Assembly: GCF_018398935.1 (NCBI RefSeq)
Contig: NZ_CP074694.1
Location: 1,410,001 to 1,442,000, forward strand
DNA: 32,000 nucleotides
Direction of reading: 5' to 3'
Source: Telmatocola sphagniphila
Lineage (GTDB): Bacteria; Planctomycetota; Planctomycetia; Gemmatales; Gemmataceae
Made by a program: the position numbers and the translations under genes. Below, one piece after another: positions 1 through 8,630 of the stretch; the first letter of the stretch is position 1, and each line of letters starts with the position of its first letter. A model generated the notes under the pieces. It worked only from the letters and a program-made list of their open reading frames with translations, had not been told where the DNA came from and searched no databases.

Positions 1-23
1 TACGTTCTTCGGAGGTTGTCGCA

Positions 24-461
24 ATGAAGCGGATTTTATTCAGCCTGGCTTGTTTGATGGGTCTTGCCGGTGTTTCAAGCGCTCAGGCGCCCATGATGCC
101 GGGTTCCCAGCCCTATCCCCCAGGCTACGGCCAGATGCCTCAGAATCCCGCGGGTTATGGTCAGATGCCTCAGATGGGTGGCGTGATGCCCGCCAATTTT
201 CAGGGCGGTTACGGTCCTCAAATGAATCCTTACGCCGCTCCGGTAGCCGCTTCTGCTCCCGGCGGTGGCGATAGCGGTCGATTTGGCTTCAATCCGATTT
301 TCAAGCGCATGTTCCATCTCAAGGATAGTGGATGTGCCAACGGCAAGTGCGCAAATGGCGCGGGCAAAGGTCCGGGCAACGCCGCTTCGACGGGCGGAAC
401 TCTGGTATTTCCGAACCAGCAGTTCATTCGAAGTCCTCGCGACTTCTTCATGGAAAACTAG
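24..461 (+). CDS. secreted low-complexity Gly/Pro/Gln/Met-rich protein, function unknown
   Basis: 145-aa ORF. GGAGG lies about 8 nt upstream of the ATG. The N-terminus MKRILFSLACLMGLAGVSSAQA looks like a signal peptide. The unit GYGQMPQ is duplicated (30-nt DNA repeat, about 123-182). No catalytic motif is recognisable. Confidence 0.6.
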   Translation: MKRILFSLACLMGLAGVSSAQAPMMPGSQPYPPGYGQMPQNPAGYGQMPQMGGVMPANFQGGYGPQMNPYAAPVAASAPGGGDSGRFGFNPIFKRMFHLKDSGCANGKCANGAGKGPGNAASTGGTLVFPNQQFIRSPRDFFMEN

Positions 462-500
462 TAGTCGTCCGGGGCGTCAATCGATGCCCAGTCCACTGCT

Positions 501-2102
501 TTAGTTCGATCGAAAGCTGCGATAATTGACTTCCGCGAAGATAGGATTTCGACTCTCGAGAATTTCCAGTTTCTCGAGGTCGATTCTTTGTCGTTCCACC
601 TGCTGGAGTAAATCGTCGGCATTTTCCAGATGGGTGTGCGTGCGTTGCACGGCATAATCGAACATCGTACCCATTTTCATGATGAAGGCCCAATCGGAAG
701 ACTGAGCTAACAGGATTTCGCGAACGGCCTGATTCATTGCCCGTTCGAGGATCCGATCCGGAATTTCCAATTGATTGGCCAAGTCCTGGAGCCGATCCAC
801 AATTCGATGCAGGTTCGGATAGATCCAGTCATTCGCCTGATTCAGCCAGACTTCACAGTAGCCTCCCTCTCCCCAGCTTGAAAAAGCGGGCGTGCAAATT
901 TGAACGATGGGGAATTTCTCCAGATAGTCCGGCACGGCGATTAATTGAATCTCCTCAGATTCTAATGCAGTCAGGCGAACTAACTTGTCGAGCCACTCCG
1001 GCCCTTCGAACCACCAATGTCCAAACAATTCTGCATCGAACGGAGCAGTTACCAGGGGGGGACGCTCCGGCATAGCCTCCGTCAGCCATTGAATCTGCTT
1101 TAATCGGCTGCAAAGAAAGTGATCCGCATGCACGGAGGCTCTCTCGGACGCGCGATCCGGCTCGTAAACCTCCTTATTTTCGGTTCGTCCGGTTATGCGC
1201 TGGTACTTTAATCCGGTAAAGTGTCGGACCCCGAGCGAATGAAGATGCGGTTTCAGATAATCGAAATCGAGTTGAAAGCCGATGTCGTGATAGAAGTCTC
1301 GATACCAGGCGTCGGCCGGGTATCCTTCGACCGGGGACCATACCTGCCGTGCCGTTTCTGAATCCCGGCCAACCGCAACGATTTCCAGGTTGGGGAGTAC
1401 GACGGGAGCATAAACGCCGTACCGCGGACGAGGCTCGGCATTGGTTATACCATGCGTATCCACGAAGAAATAGCGCAGTCCGGCCCGGGAGAGTACCTCC
1501 TCCAAGCCGGGATAGTAGCCGCACTCCGGTAGCCAGATGCCTTGTGGTCTTCGCCCGAACTGCTTTTCGAACTCCCGACAGCCCAACTCCACTTGGACGC
1601 CAACGGCCACTGGATTTTGAACCAGCGGCAAGAAGGGGTGAGTGGCCGCACAGGTGATTAGTTCCAGATGGCCGGCTTCAAAAAAATATCGAAAACCTTT
1701 CAGCAGGTCGCAATCCCAGATTTTGACATAAGTTTCGCGACACTGGTACAGGCGTTGAAGATACATCTCCACCACAATCCGTAGTTTCGAATCCCATTGG
1801 ACGCGGCCCTGCTCTTTATCTGCAAGTTCGATGAGATTATCGAGATAGCGGAGATAACGCTCCTTCAGCATTTTATCTTCAAGCATGGCCGAGAGGGTCG
1901 GCGTGATGGACATCGTCAATCGCCAGGCCAGTTTGTCCTGGCACCAGCCCTGGAAGCGATTCAACAACGGGAGATAGGTTTCGGTGATGGCTTCAAATAG
2001 CCAGTCCTCTTCGAGAACATCGCCATGCTCCGGATGTCGAACGTAAGGAAGATGGGCATGAAGTACCAGACACAAATAGCCCTTCGGCATCAGCGGCATC
2101 AT
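501..2102 (-). CDS. glycoside hydrolase family 57 protein (1,4-alpha-glucan branching enzyme type)
   Basis: 533-aa ORF. The N-terminal LVLHAHLPYVRHPE...EAITETYLPLL signature is typical of GH57 branching enzymes. AAGGA lies upstream of the ATGATG start. Confidence 0.85.
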   Translation of the reverse strand: MMPLMPKGYLCLVLHAHLPYVRHPEHGDVLEEDWLFEAITETYLPLLNRFQGWCQDKLAWRLTMSITPTLSAMLEDKMLKERYLRYLDNLIELADKEQGRVQWDSKLRIVVEMYLQRLYQCRETYVKIWDCDLLKGFRYFFEAGHLELITCAATHPFLPLVQNPVAVGVQVELGCREFEKQFGRRPQGIWLPECGYYPGLEEVLSRAGLRYFFVDTHGITNAEPRPRYGVYAPVVLPNLEIVAVGRDSETARQVWSPVEGYPADAWYRDFYHDIGFQLDFDYLKPHLHSLGVRHFTGLKYQRITGRTENKEVYEPDRASERASVHADHFLCSRLKQIQWLTEAMPERPPLVTAPFDAELFGHWWFEGPEWLDKLVRLTALESEEIQLIAVPDYLEKFPIVQICTPAFSSWGEGGYCEVWLNQANDWIYPNLHRIVDRLQDLANQLEIPDRILERAMNQAVREILLAQSSDWAFIMKMGTMFDYAVQRTHTHLENADDLLQQVERQRIDLEKLEILESRNPIFAEVNYRSFRSN

Positions 2103-2190
2103 GAATCCTTACCAGACAGATCAGCCTTTCCAAGCCGCTACTTTACCAGACAACTCATCGAGCACCAACGATTTCGTAGAAGAATATCCT

Positions 2191-3396
2191 CTAAGACAGA
2201 TAGGCTGAAATGGTGTCTGATCGAATGATCTTTCGCGGGACTTTCAGATCAGTATCCGACTCAAATAGATGCGAATAGGGATCGTCCGGATCGCTAGGGG
2301 AGAGCGGAATTGCCAGAAAACCCGGGGATCTGAATCCAATTTCGAGTCGGCCGTATCCTCTATTGAGGTTCAGAGCCTTCGCGCCATTCTGGGTGATCAT
2401 CCGCAGAAGATTCTCGCCAGGCACCTCGGGATAGAGCCGATGAACATGCCGGGCTTCGGAAAGAGTATCCAAGTCGGGATTGGAAGCCAGTGAATCCGTG
2501 CCCAGACAGACGTTGATTCCGGCTGCCATAAACTCGCGAAACGGATGTGGCGGATGCTCGAAGGCGGAATGAGTCCGCGGGCAATAAACGACGGAGTGAC
2601 CCTTTTTTACTAAATGTTCCGGGGACAAATAATTGCCATGCACAACGAGAGAGTAGTCGGGCAACGCTTGCAGCAACCATTCCCAACTCGGTGCCAATTC
2701 GTCGGGTTGCCAGATATGAAACTCTTTCAGGAACTCTGCGAATGGACCTTCGTGATTCTCGAGTAAGTCTCGCTCTTCCAGAAACTCTCCGATATGACTG
2801 CAGACCTTCTTCGAGCACCGCCCAGCCAATTCAAATAACTTTCGGGACGTGCTATAGGGGGCGTGCGGACTTAGTCCCAAAATGGAGTTCCCAGAGGCCA
2901 CGTCTGCTTCTTCGAGCCGTTGATAGGCTCGCCAAGATTGTTCCTGTCGAGAGGTTGTCAGTCCCAATACTTCAAAAAAGCGAAGTATTGTGAATTCCGA
3001 GTGGTCTTTAAAGGCGGGGTAGTTGGTGGTCGAAATGTCGCCGAGTCCTATGGATCCGGAATCTAAAATTTGCTGGAAGCCGTTTTGAATGGCGAGATCC
3101 ATCGTATCTCTACTCTGCGACATTCGAAATTGAATAACTTTTTTGATCCATCGGATGTAATCCGAATCGGGAGGATTCAACCCGGCCATACCCGTAAGGT
3201 CGAGATGCGTGTGTGCATTGATTAATAGCGGAAGTATCGCACAATTTCCCAAATCGATATCGACTTGCATCCCGCATCGACGGCCTATCTCCAGGATTTG
3301 AAAAGAGGCATCGAGTTCGATTTTGCCGTCCGCTATGGGCGCACTGGTCACAGGGAAGATCCAGCGGGCGGCGATAGTGACCTTACGATCCTTCAT
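2191..3396 (-). CDS. amidohydrolase-superfamily deaminase (chlorohydrolase / aminodeoxyfutalosine-deaminase-like)
   Basis: Motifs seen: metal-binding HxH (LINAHTHLDL), SPHAPYS, and GTDSLASN near the C-terminus. The track ORF starts at a TTG (3426) that overlaps the rarD stop. I prefer the first ATG (3396, MKDRKVTIAARWIFPV), but the start is uncertain. Confidence 0.7.
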   Translation of the reverse strand: MKDRKVTIAARWIFPVTSAPIADGKIELDASFQILEIGRRCGMQVDIDLGNCAILPLLINAHTHLDLTGMAGLNPPDSDYIRWIKKVIQFRMSQSRDTMDLAIQNGFQQILDSGSIGLGDISTTNYPAFKDHSEFTILRFFEVLGLTTSRQEQSWRAYQRLEEADVASGNSILGLSPHAPYSTSRKLFELAGRCSKKVCSHIGEFLEERDLLENHEGPFAEFLKEFHIWQPDELAPSWEWLLQALPDYSLVVHGNYLSPEHLVKKGHSVVYCPRTHSAFEHPPHPFREFMAAGINVCLGTDSLASNPDLDTLSEARHVHRLYPEVPGENLLRMITQNGAKALNLNRGYGRLEIGFRSPGFLAIPLSPSDPDDPYSHLFESDTDLKVPRKIIRSDTISAYLS

Positions 3397-3422
3397 GTCT
3401 TCCCGGGGTTCTGAATTTTCGT

Positions 3423-4361
3423 TCAATCCACTTCGACTGCGTCCACGTTATGGACAATCGCTTCAGGGCGTTTCGTTTGCTGCAGCATCACCACGGTATC
3501 GATGACGAAAATTCCCAATCCCACCCATACAAAAAAGAAACTGAACCGCTTCGACTCGCTGAACTCTTCCTGAAATACGTAGATTGCTATCAGAAGTTGG
3601 ATCGTAGGTGACAGATACTGAATGAAGCCGAGCGAAATTAAACCCACCCTCCGTACGGCCTGGGCAAAGCAAATCAAAGGAGCGGTGGTAACCACCCCCG
3701 CCAGAACGATCCAAAGGTCCTGAACGCCCGGAGGATGCAGAAATTGCATCTTCCCCTGCAATGCTAGAAAAGTCAGGTAAGTGATCGCGAACGGCAGCAA
3801 TACGATCGTTTCTATTGTGAAACCAATCAACCCATCGACGGGGGCGATTTTACGCATGACCCCGTAGAGGCCGAAACTGAAAGTTAAAAATAGCCCCAGC
3901 CAGGGAATATCACCATAGGTCCAGATCATTCGCCCGATACCAAAAGCGGCAATGGCCAGAGCCAGCCCCTGCAATGGGCGCAATCGTTCTCCAAAGAAGA
4001 TCATTCCGAACGCGACATTCGCCAGGGGAAGCATGAAATAGCCGAGGCTGGATTCCAGCAATCGATTGGTGTAAACGGAAACGATGTAGCCGTACCAGTT
4101 TCCCACGAGCAATAGTGCACTCACGGCAAGAATGGCCACGGTTTTTGGCTTGCGAAGAGTCAATCGCAGATCGTTCCAGCGCTTGAGCGCGGTTAACAAG
4201 AGGGCGAGAACGACGATCGACCAAAAGGTTCGGTGAGCAAGGATTTCGTAGGAATCTACATTTTTTACAGTTTTGAAGTAGAGTGGCACTAAGCCCCAAA
4301 TTATGTAGGCGATCAGACCGTAAATCAGGCCTTCTCGAAGTGATTTTTGAGGTTCGCTCAC
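3423..4361 (-). CDS. rarD: EamA/RarD family transporter
   Basis: 312-aa polytopic membrane protein. The N-terminal GLIAYIIWGLVPLYFK motif is characteristic of RarD. The GTG start overlaps the upstream stop codon (GTGA). Confidence 0.8.
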   Translation of the reverse strand: MSEPQKSLREGLIYGLIAYIIWGLVPLYFKTVKNVDSYEILAHRTFWSIVVLALLLTALKRWNDLRLTLRKPKTVAILAVSALLLVGNWYGYIVSVYTNRLLESSLGYFMLPLANVAFGMIFFGERLRPLQGLALAIAAFGIGRMIWTYGDIPWLGLFLTFSFGLYGVMRKIAPVDGLIGFTIETIVLLPFAITYLTFLALQGKMQFLHPPGVQDLWIVLAGVVTTAPLICFAQAVRRVGLISLGFIQYLSPTIQLLIAIYVFQEEFSESKRFSFFFVWVGLGIFVIDTVVMLQQTKRPEAIVHNVDAVEVD

Positions 4362-5488
4362 GAATTTCCTTTCCAGATCGCATCCAGCGACTGGCCACGG
4401 AGATGTCTGGCGTAAAGTTGATGGAAGTGGTAGCCACCGTTCTCCCGCTTCACGCTAAATCTTCCCTGGGAGTAGAAATGGCTGCGAATATTTTTTTGAA
4501 CTTCCGCACAGATCAGATCGTCCTCTTCCTGCACCTTCTGAGCGACCCGAATGCTTTCTTCTTTGAATGAAATGGATGCTGGATAGGATCCCGCGGCAAA
4601 GTAGAAATCGAAAATGACATCGCAGCTTTCTGTCGTTCTCGGGATCACGTAGTTCAGATCCATCACTCCCTCATAGTGGTTCAACATAAAATTCGGGTAG
4701 AACCACCAGTAGGATGCACTGCTCCCCTGTCGGGTTCGATTCGCTGCGGCATCTTCCGGATTCTGAGTGAGCGGACTGGATTGCAAACTAGCCCAGGGAT
4801 GCAGCTCCGTCCGGTAGAGCTTGTAATCGAGCGATCCTGCTAAAGTCGGATGAACCGTATTGACGTGGTAGCCGCCGTCCAGATAGTTGTCGATATAGAT
4901 CTTCCAGTTCGACTTAACGGGAAAAACTACGCGTTTGAAGAACTGGAGAGTTCGCAGCTTCTGCTGGAACTCATCGGATAATGGAGCAAAGAATTCGTCT
5001 AAAGCTGGCCCGCTTTGCTCTATTCGAGCAAAAAGAAAATCCCCCCAGATGGCAGAATGAATCTCGACAAGGCCATTGTCTTCCCTTGTGAAATTCTCAA
5101 CCCCATCAAACTCCGGCACACCTCGTAATTTGCCCTGGAGATCATAGGTCCAGCCATGATACCGGCATCGAAGTTTCGAGCATCGGCCGCAATCCTCATC
5201 GATAATTGGGGCGGCCCGATGCCGGCAGATATTCAAAAATACTCGTATTTGCTGGTCTTCGCCGCGGATCGCAAATATCGGTTCCGGACCGATCCAACTG
5301 CGAACGTAGGAGCCCGATTGCTCCAGTTGTTGAATCGAGCAGACGTACTGCCAGGTCTGAGGAAACAAAATGCGGGATTCCCTCTCAGCGACTACATTTG
5401 AGAAATAGCATTCGCTGGGAATGGTGCTGGCTTGCGAAAGCGGCTTCCGATCGTCGAATGCATGCAGGATCGACTCGATTTCGGTCAT
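4358..5488 (-). CDS. Rieske [2Fe-2S] non-heme iron oxygenase, alpha-subunit type (choline-monooxygenase-like)
   Basis: Rieske motifs CRHR...CRYHGW are present, as is the mononuclear-iron motif DNYLDGGYHVNTVH. The start is set at ATG 5488, preceded by AGGAAG. The ORF-track start at 5554 would overlap the SDR gene. Confidence 0.8.
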   Translation of the reverse strand: MTEIESILHAFDDRKPLSQASTIPSECYFSNVVAERESRILFPQTWQYVCSIQQLEQSGSYVRSWIGPEPIFAIRGEDQQIRVFLNICRHRAAPIIDEDCGRCSKLRCRYHGWTYDLQGKLRGVPEFDGVENFTREDNGLVEIHSAIWGDFLFARIEQSGPALDEFFAPLSDEFQQKLRTLQFFKRVVFPVKSNWKIYIDNYLDGGYHVNTVHPTLAGSLDYKLYRTELHPWASLQSSPLTQNPEDAAANRTRQGSSASYWWFYPNFMLNHYEGVMDLNYVIPRTTESCDVIFDFYFAAGSYPASISFKEESIRVAQKVQEEDDLICAEVQKNIRSHFYSQGRFSVKRENGGYHFHQLYARHLRGQSLDAIWKGNS

Positions 5489-5519
5489 GACCACTTCCTG
5501 TCGTCGCACTCGAAGACTG

Positions 5520-6332
5520 TTAAATTGTGACTGCCGAAAAGCCACCATCGACAATTATATTTTGTCCGGTCACGAACGAGGAGGCTTTTGAAGAGGCCAG
5601 AAATACGACAGCTCCCGCCAATTCATGGGCTTCACCGAATCGAGCCATGGGCGTGTGACCGATGATTTGGCCGCCGCGCTCGCTGTAGCTGCCATCTTCC
5701 CGAAAGAGAAGCTTGCGATTTTGTTCTGCGGGGAAAAATCCCGGACTGATCGCATTAACTCGTACTCCCCGAGTCGCCCATTCCCGAGCTAGGAACTGAG
5801 TGAGGTTGATTACCGCCGCTTTCGCTGCGGAATAAGCCACCACTCGAGATAGGGGTATAATACCGGCCATAGAAGCAATATTGATGATGCTGCCCTTCCC
5901 AGCGGCCAGCATACTCTCTCCAAAAACTTGTGCCGGCAGCAGTACACCGCCCACCAGATTGAGATCGAAAACTCCCTGCCAGGCATTCAAGGGGAGTTTG
6001 CAGAAATCGGCACCGGGGGGGAGTGTCGCATCCGGGCGATTGCCACCCGCGGCATTGATCAGGATGGTTGCCGTCCCGAATTTCGTTTCACATTGCTGCC
6101 TAGCAGCCACCAGACTGTCGCGATCCGTCGAGTCCGCGCTAACGAAAATGGCTTCTCCGCCAGCTGCAGCGATTGCACGAACTCTCTCGAGCCCGCGCTC
6201 TGCATTGCGGCCAAGGATGGCCACACGAGCTCCGGCTTGAGCCAGAGCTTCGGCGATGCCGCCGCCCAAAACTCCAGTACCGCCGATAACGACGGCCACC
6301 TCTCCCTGGAGGTTGAACAGATTAGTTTTCAC
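5520..6332 (-). CDS. SDR-family oxidoreductase (possibly fructuronate/D-mannonate oxidoreductase type)
   Basis: 270-aa ORF with a Rossmann motif (VIGGTGVLGGGIA) and the catalytic YSAAK (YxxxK). It lies directly downstream of the epimerase-like gene. Confidence 0.8.
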   Translation of the reverse strand: MKTNLFNLQGEVAVVIGGTGVLGGGIAEALAQAGARVAILGRNAERGLERVRAIAAAGGEAIFVSADSTDRDSLVAARQQCETKFGTATILINAAGGNRPDATLPPGADFCKLPLNAWQGVFDLNLVGGVLLPAQVFGESMLAAGKGSIINIASMAGIIPLSRVVAYSAAKAAVINLTQFLAREWATRGVRVNAISPGFFPAEQNRKLLFREDGSYSERGGQIIGHTPMARFGEAHELAGAVVFLASSKASSFVTGQNIIVDGGFSAVTI

Positions 6333-6362
6333 TAGGTTATCTCGTTTTGAGCCAGACTTCGT

Positions 6363-7619
6363 TCAGCCAATGAATAAGGGAACCAGATGTCGATTATAAA
6401 TATTGTCTATGACGTTTTTGGAAACTTGGTCCGCATTCACTTTCAGAAGATCCAGGTAGGCCTGTCCTTTTTTCGCAGCGACTTTGAACGATACGTGCAG
6501 AAGTTGACGGAAATTCGCATTGAACTCCGGATGGCTGGGAATGTGCCGTAATGTGTTCGCAATCTGAGTGCCCGACCAGGAGTTCACGAGACTTACGCTG
6601 GGCAACTGATCGCGTTGAATGTCGATCACACTCGCGTAGGGGGCGCAAAATTCCTCGGCATGTTCATATGCGTAGGCGTAGATTTCCTTGACCATCGCCA
6701 ACCCCGCCCCGCCCGCTTCCGCCAAGCCAATTAACTCTTCCAACCAGGTCGTTCCGGCAGTTTTCACGTGCAAACCCGCACCCGTTCGGGCCAGAGCTTT
6801 CCGGATGATCGGATAGATCGAGAATTTGTCGCTGCCGCTGTGTACGCTCAATTTTAAATTTGACGGTATCCCATATTTACTGATGGCGAAGGCGATGACG
6901 GCCAAGTCTTCGTTGAATTCCGTTTCGAATTGGCTGAGATCGCCGACGTAATCGACCCCTTTATTGAATCGACCCGTGAATTTGGGTGCTATAGTTTGGA
7001 CCTTCACACCTTCCTCGGCCAGCAGCACCAGAATGACGAGTAGCTCCGGTGGCGTTTGCGGCGCATCCGTTTCGTCCATTGAAACTTCTGCTATGAACTC
7101 CCCCTCTCCCCCTTTTTTGGTCGAGATATGTCGGTAGATCTTTCCGGCTTCCTGAACCGCCAGAAGGTATTTGCGTACGATCTTCTCTAGCTCTGCTGGC
7201 CTGATCGTGAGTTTTCGAGCGATGCCTGGGATTACGAGATCCCCCAGAAGTTCGGGATGCTTGTGCAGGAAAATTTTCACCGTATCTTCACTAGCCGGCT
7301 TGCCAATGCTGTCGGCAACATCGATTGTGAAGAAATCAGAGCAGGACATGAATCGATCGACAGTCTCCAGGCGGATGTGATCCGCATCGATGTGCCAGCC
7401 TTTTCGCCAGCCGAGCTGAGTGACCGCTTTCAGGGCAGAATCGTAAACACTTTGCGGCTCCGAACCGATAAAAGAGTGCTCCCGGTTCGATTTGTTCCAA
7501 ACGGGTACGATTTCCACCCCTTTGTCCGAGATCATTTGAAATGCTCGGAGTTGAGCGGTTGCCTGGAGGCCAAAGCGATCACCCACACCAAAGGAGAATT
7601 TTTCGAGCATCCTCATCAA
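6363..7619 (-). CDS. uxaE: tagaturonate/fructuronate epimerase (UxaE) family protein
   Basis: 418-aa ORF. The N-terminal FGVGDRFG, the DADH motif and the overall length recall the UxaE family. The call is from memory of the family, not from a search. Confidence 0.6.
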   Translation of the reverse strand: MMRMLEKFSFGVGDRFGLQATAQLRAFQMISDKGVEIVPVWNKSNREHSFIGSEPQSVYDSALKAVTQLGWRKGWHIDADHIRLETVDRFMSCSDFFTIDVADSIGKPASEDTVKIFLHKHPELLGDLVIPGIARKLTIRPAELEKIVRKYLLAVQEAGKIYRHISTKKGGEGEFIAEVSMDETDAPQTPPELLVILVLLAEEGVKVQTIAPKFTGRFNKGVDYVGDLSQFETEFNEDLAVIAFAISKYGIPSNLKLSVHSGSDKFSIYPIIRKALARTGAGLHVKTAGTTWLEELIGLAEAGGAGLAMVKEIYAYAYEHAEEFCAPYASVIDIQRDQLPSVSLVNSWSGTQIANTLRHIPSHPEFNANFRQLLHVSFKVAAKKGQAYLDLLKVNADQVSKNVIDNIYNRHLVPLFIG

Positions 7620-7936
7620 TTCAGCTCCGCTTACTATTACCCAGGTTGACAGTAACGAGCATTCTACTCAGAGTGTTAGTGCTCAAAAAGGTGATTCGGG
7701 GTGTCCGGGAACACTCGGCGGAAATATTGAAAAAAACAGCAGTAGTGCAGGCATAAAAATTATTCAGAAATTTCACTCTCATTTCTGGAAATAGACGCGG
7801 ATTTTGCAAGGAAATGATAGACTCAAAAGGTAATCCGAACCGACAGAGAAGAAATCCAGGATTTTTTATCTTCACGTCGCTTGACGAGATTCTAAATCCT
7901 TTCTAAGAAGCGACTACGATTAGAGATTTTTCGGTA

Positions 7937-7966
7937 TTGACAACCGTACAGAACTAGCGGTTAATT
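7937..7966 (+). promoter_or_regulatory. sigma70-like promoter candidate for the acidic-protein gene
   Basis: TTGACA (7937-7942), a 17/18-nt spacer, then GTTAAT/TTAATT (7960-7966). It sits about 55 nt upstream of ATG 8020. Confidence 0.35.
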
Positions 7967-8019
7967 GCCGAATATTAAAGGGTATTTTGTCGGCCAATCC
8001 GACCGAGCGAGGGGATCGC

Positions 8020-8427
8020 ATGAGCTTACGACTTTTAAACAAGGCGCTCACAGTGACACGAGAGTCTTCCACTGAACATTCTGAGTGGAAGCAACTGCTG
8101 TTGCCTTCCACGTTATCGATCTTCTCGGCCAAAGATGATGACGATGAAGATTTCGATGATGACGAAGAAGAGGATGACGATGATGACGAGGAAGAGGATG
8201 ATGAAGAGGACGATCTGGAAGATGACGACCTCGACGATGATTTCGACGACGAAGATGACTTTGATGATGAAGATCTCGACGACGACGAAGACGATCTAGA
8301 TGATGAAGATCTGGACGAGGACTTCGACGACGATGATTTCGACGATGAGGACGATGATTTCGACGACGAAGAGGACGATGATGAAGATGACGAGGAGGAC
8401 GAAGTAGAGGAAGATGATGAAGACTGA
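8020..8427 (+). CDS. poly-Asp/Glu (hyper-acidic) protein, function unknown
   Basis: The track ORF starts at TTG 7987. ATG 8020 is preceded by GAGGGG. The short non-acidic N-terminus is followed by a 97-residue tail made only of D, E and 12 F/L/V residues. A strong terminator follows. Confidence 0.55.
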   Translation: MSLRLLNKALTVTRESSTEHSEWKQLLLPSTLSIFSAKDDDDEDFDDDEEEDDDDDEEEDDEEDDLEDDDLDDDFDDEDDFDDEDLDDDEDDLDDEDLDEDFDDDDFDDEDDDFDDEEDDDEDDEEDEVEEDDED

Positions 8428-8453
8428 TCGATAAAACTATAGACTTCCGACCT

Positions 8454-8479
8454 GCCCTCGTTTTCACGAGGGCTTTTTT
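8454..8479 (+). terminator. rho-independent terminator
   Basis: GCCCTCG-ttttca-CGAGGGC forms a 7-bp GC-rich stem. It is followed by TTTTTT and starts 27 nt after the stop codon. Confidence 0.65.
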
Positions 8480-8519
8480 GATGTTCTGAGGCAACTTTTT
8501 TTATCCAAAAAAATTGGCC

Positions 8520-8549
8520 TTGTCACGACCCGGGGGACCTGGGTATAAA
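8520..8549 (+). promoter_or_regulatory. sigma70-like promoter candidate for the C26-family gene
   Basis: TTGTCA (8520-8525), a 17/18-nt spacer, then GTATAA/TATAAA (8543-8549). Confidence 0.35.
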
Positions 8550-8555
8550 ACCGTA

Positions 8556-8577
8556 CCGAGGATTCTAGAATCCTCGG
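8556..8577. promoter_or_regulatory. 22-nt perfect palindrome (operator or 5'-UTR hairpin)
   Basis: CCGAGGATTCT|AGAATCCTCGG lies between the candidate -10 element and the GGAGGG SD of the gene starting at 8631. Confidence 0.4.
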
Positions 8578-8630
8578 ATCATCGGCAGGATGGCCGGTGA
8601 CACCACCAGATTTACACCACGGAGGGTTCG

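Noticed and set aside
462-500. Possible bidirectional terminator between the convergent genes (GGGCGTC-aatc-GATGCCC)
   Set aside because: The stem has only 7 pairs including a G-U. There is no U-tract on either strand, which is too weak to call.
7621-7875. 84-aa minus-strand ORF in the uxaE upstream region, and weak inverted repeats there
   Set aside because: It has no SD, no recognisable motif and hydrophobic, odd composition, so it is more likely the promoter or leader of uxaE. The inverted repeats are short (7 bp or less) and far apart.
8130-8425. GA-rich low-complexity DNA considered as a microsatellite, tandem repeat or CRISPR-like array
   Set aside because: There is no fixed repeat unit or spacer architecture. 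The periodicity is simply codon-level (GAT/GAC/GAA/GAG) within one open frame.
8048-8494. 148-aa His/Arg/Pro/Leu-rich ORF antisense to the acidic-protein gene
   Set aside because: It is the mirror image of the GAT/GAA-rich coding repeat. It runs through the terminator hairpin and has no start context. The sense frame has an SD, a promoter-like element and a terminator.
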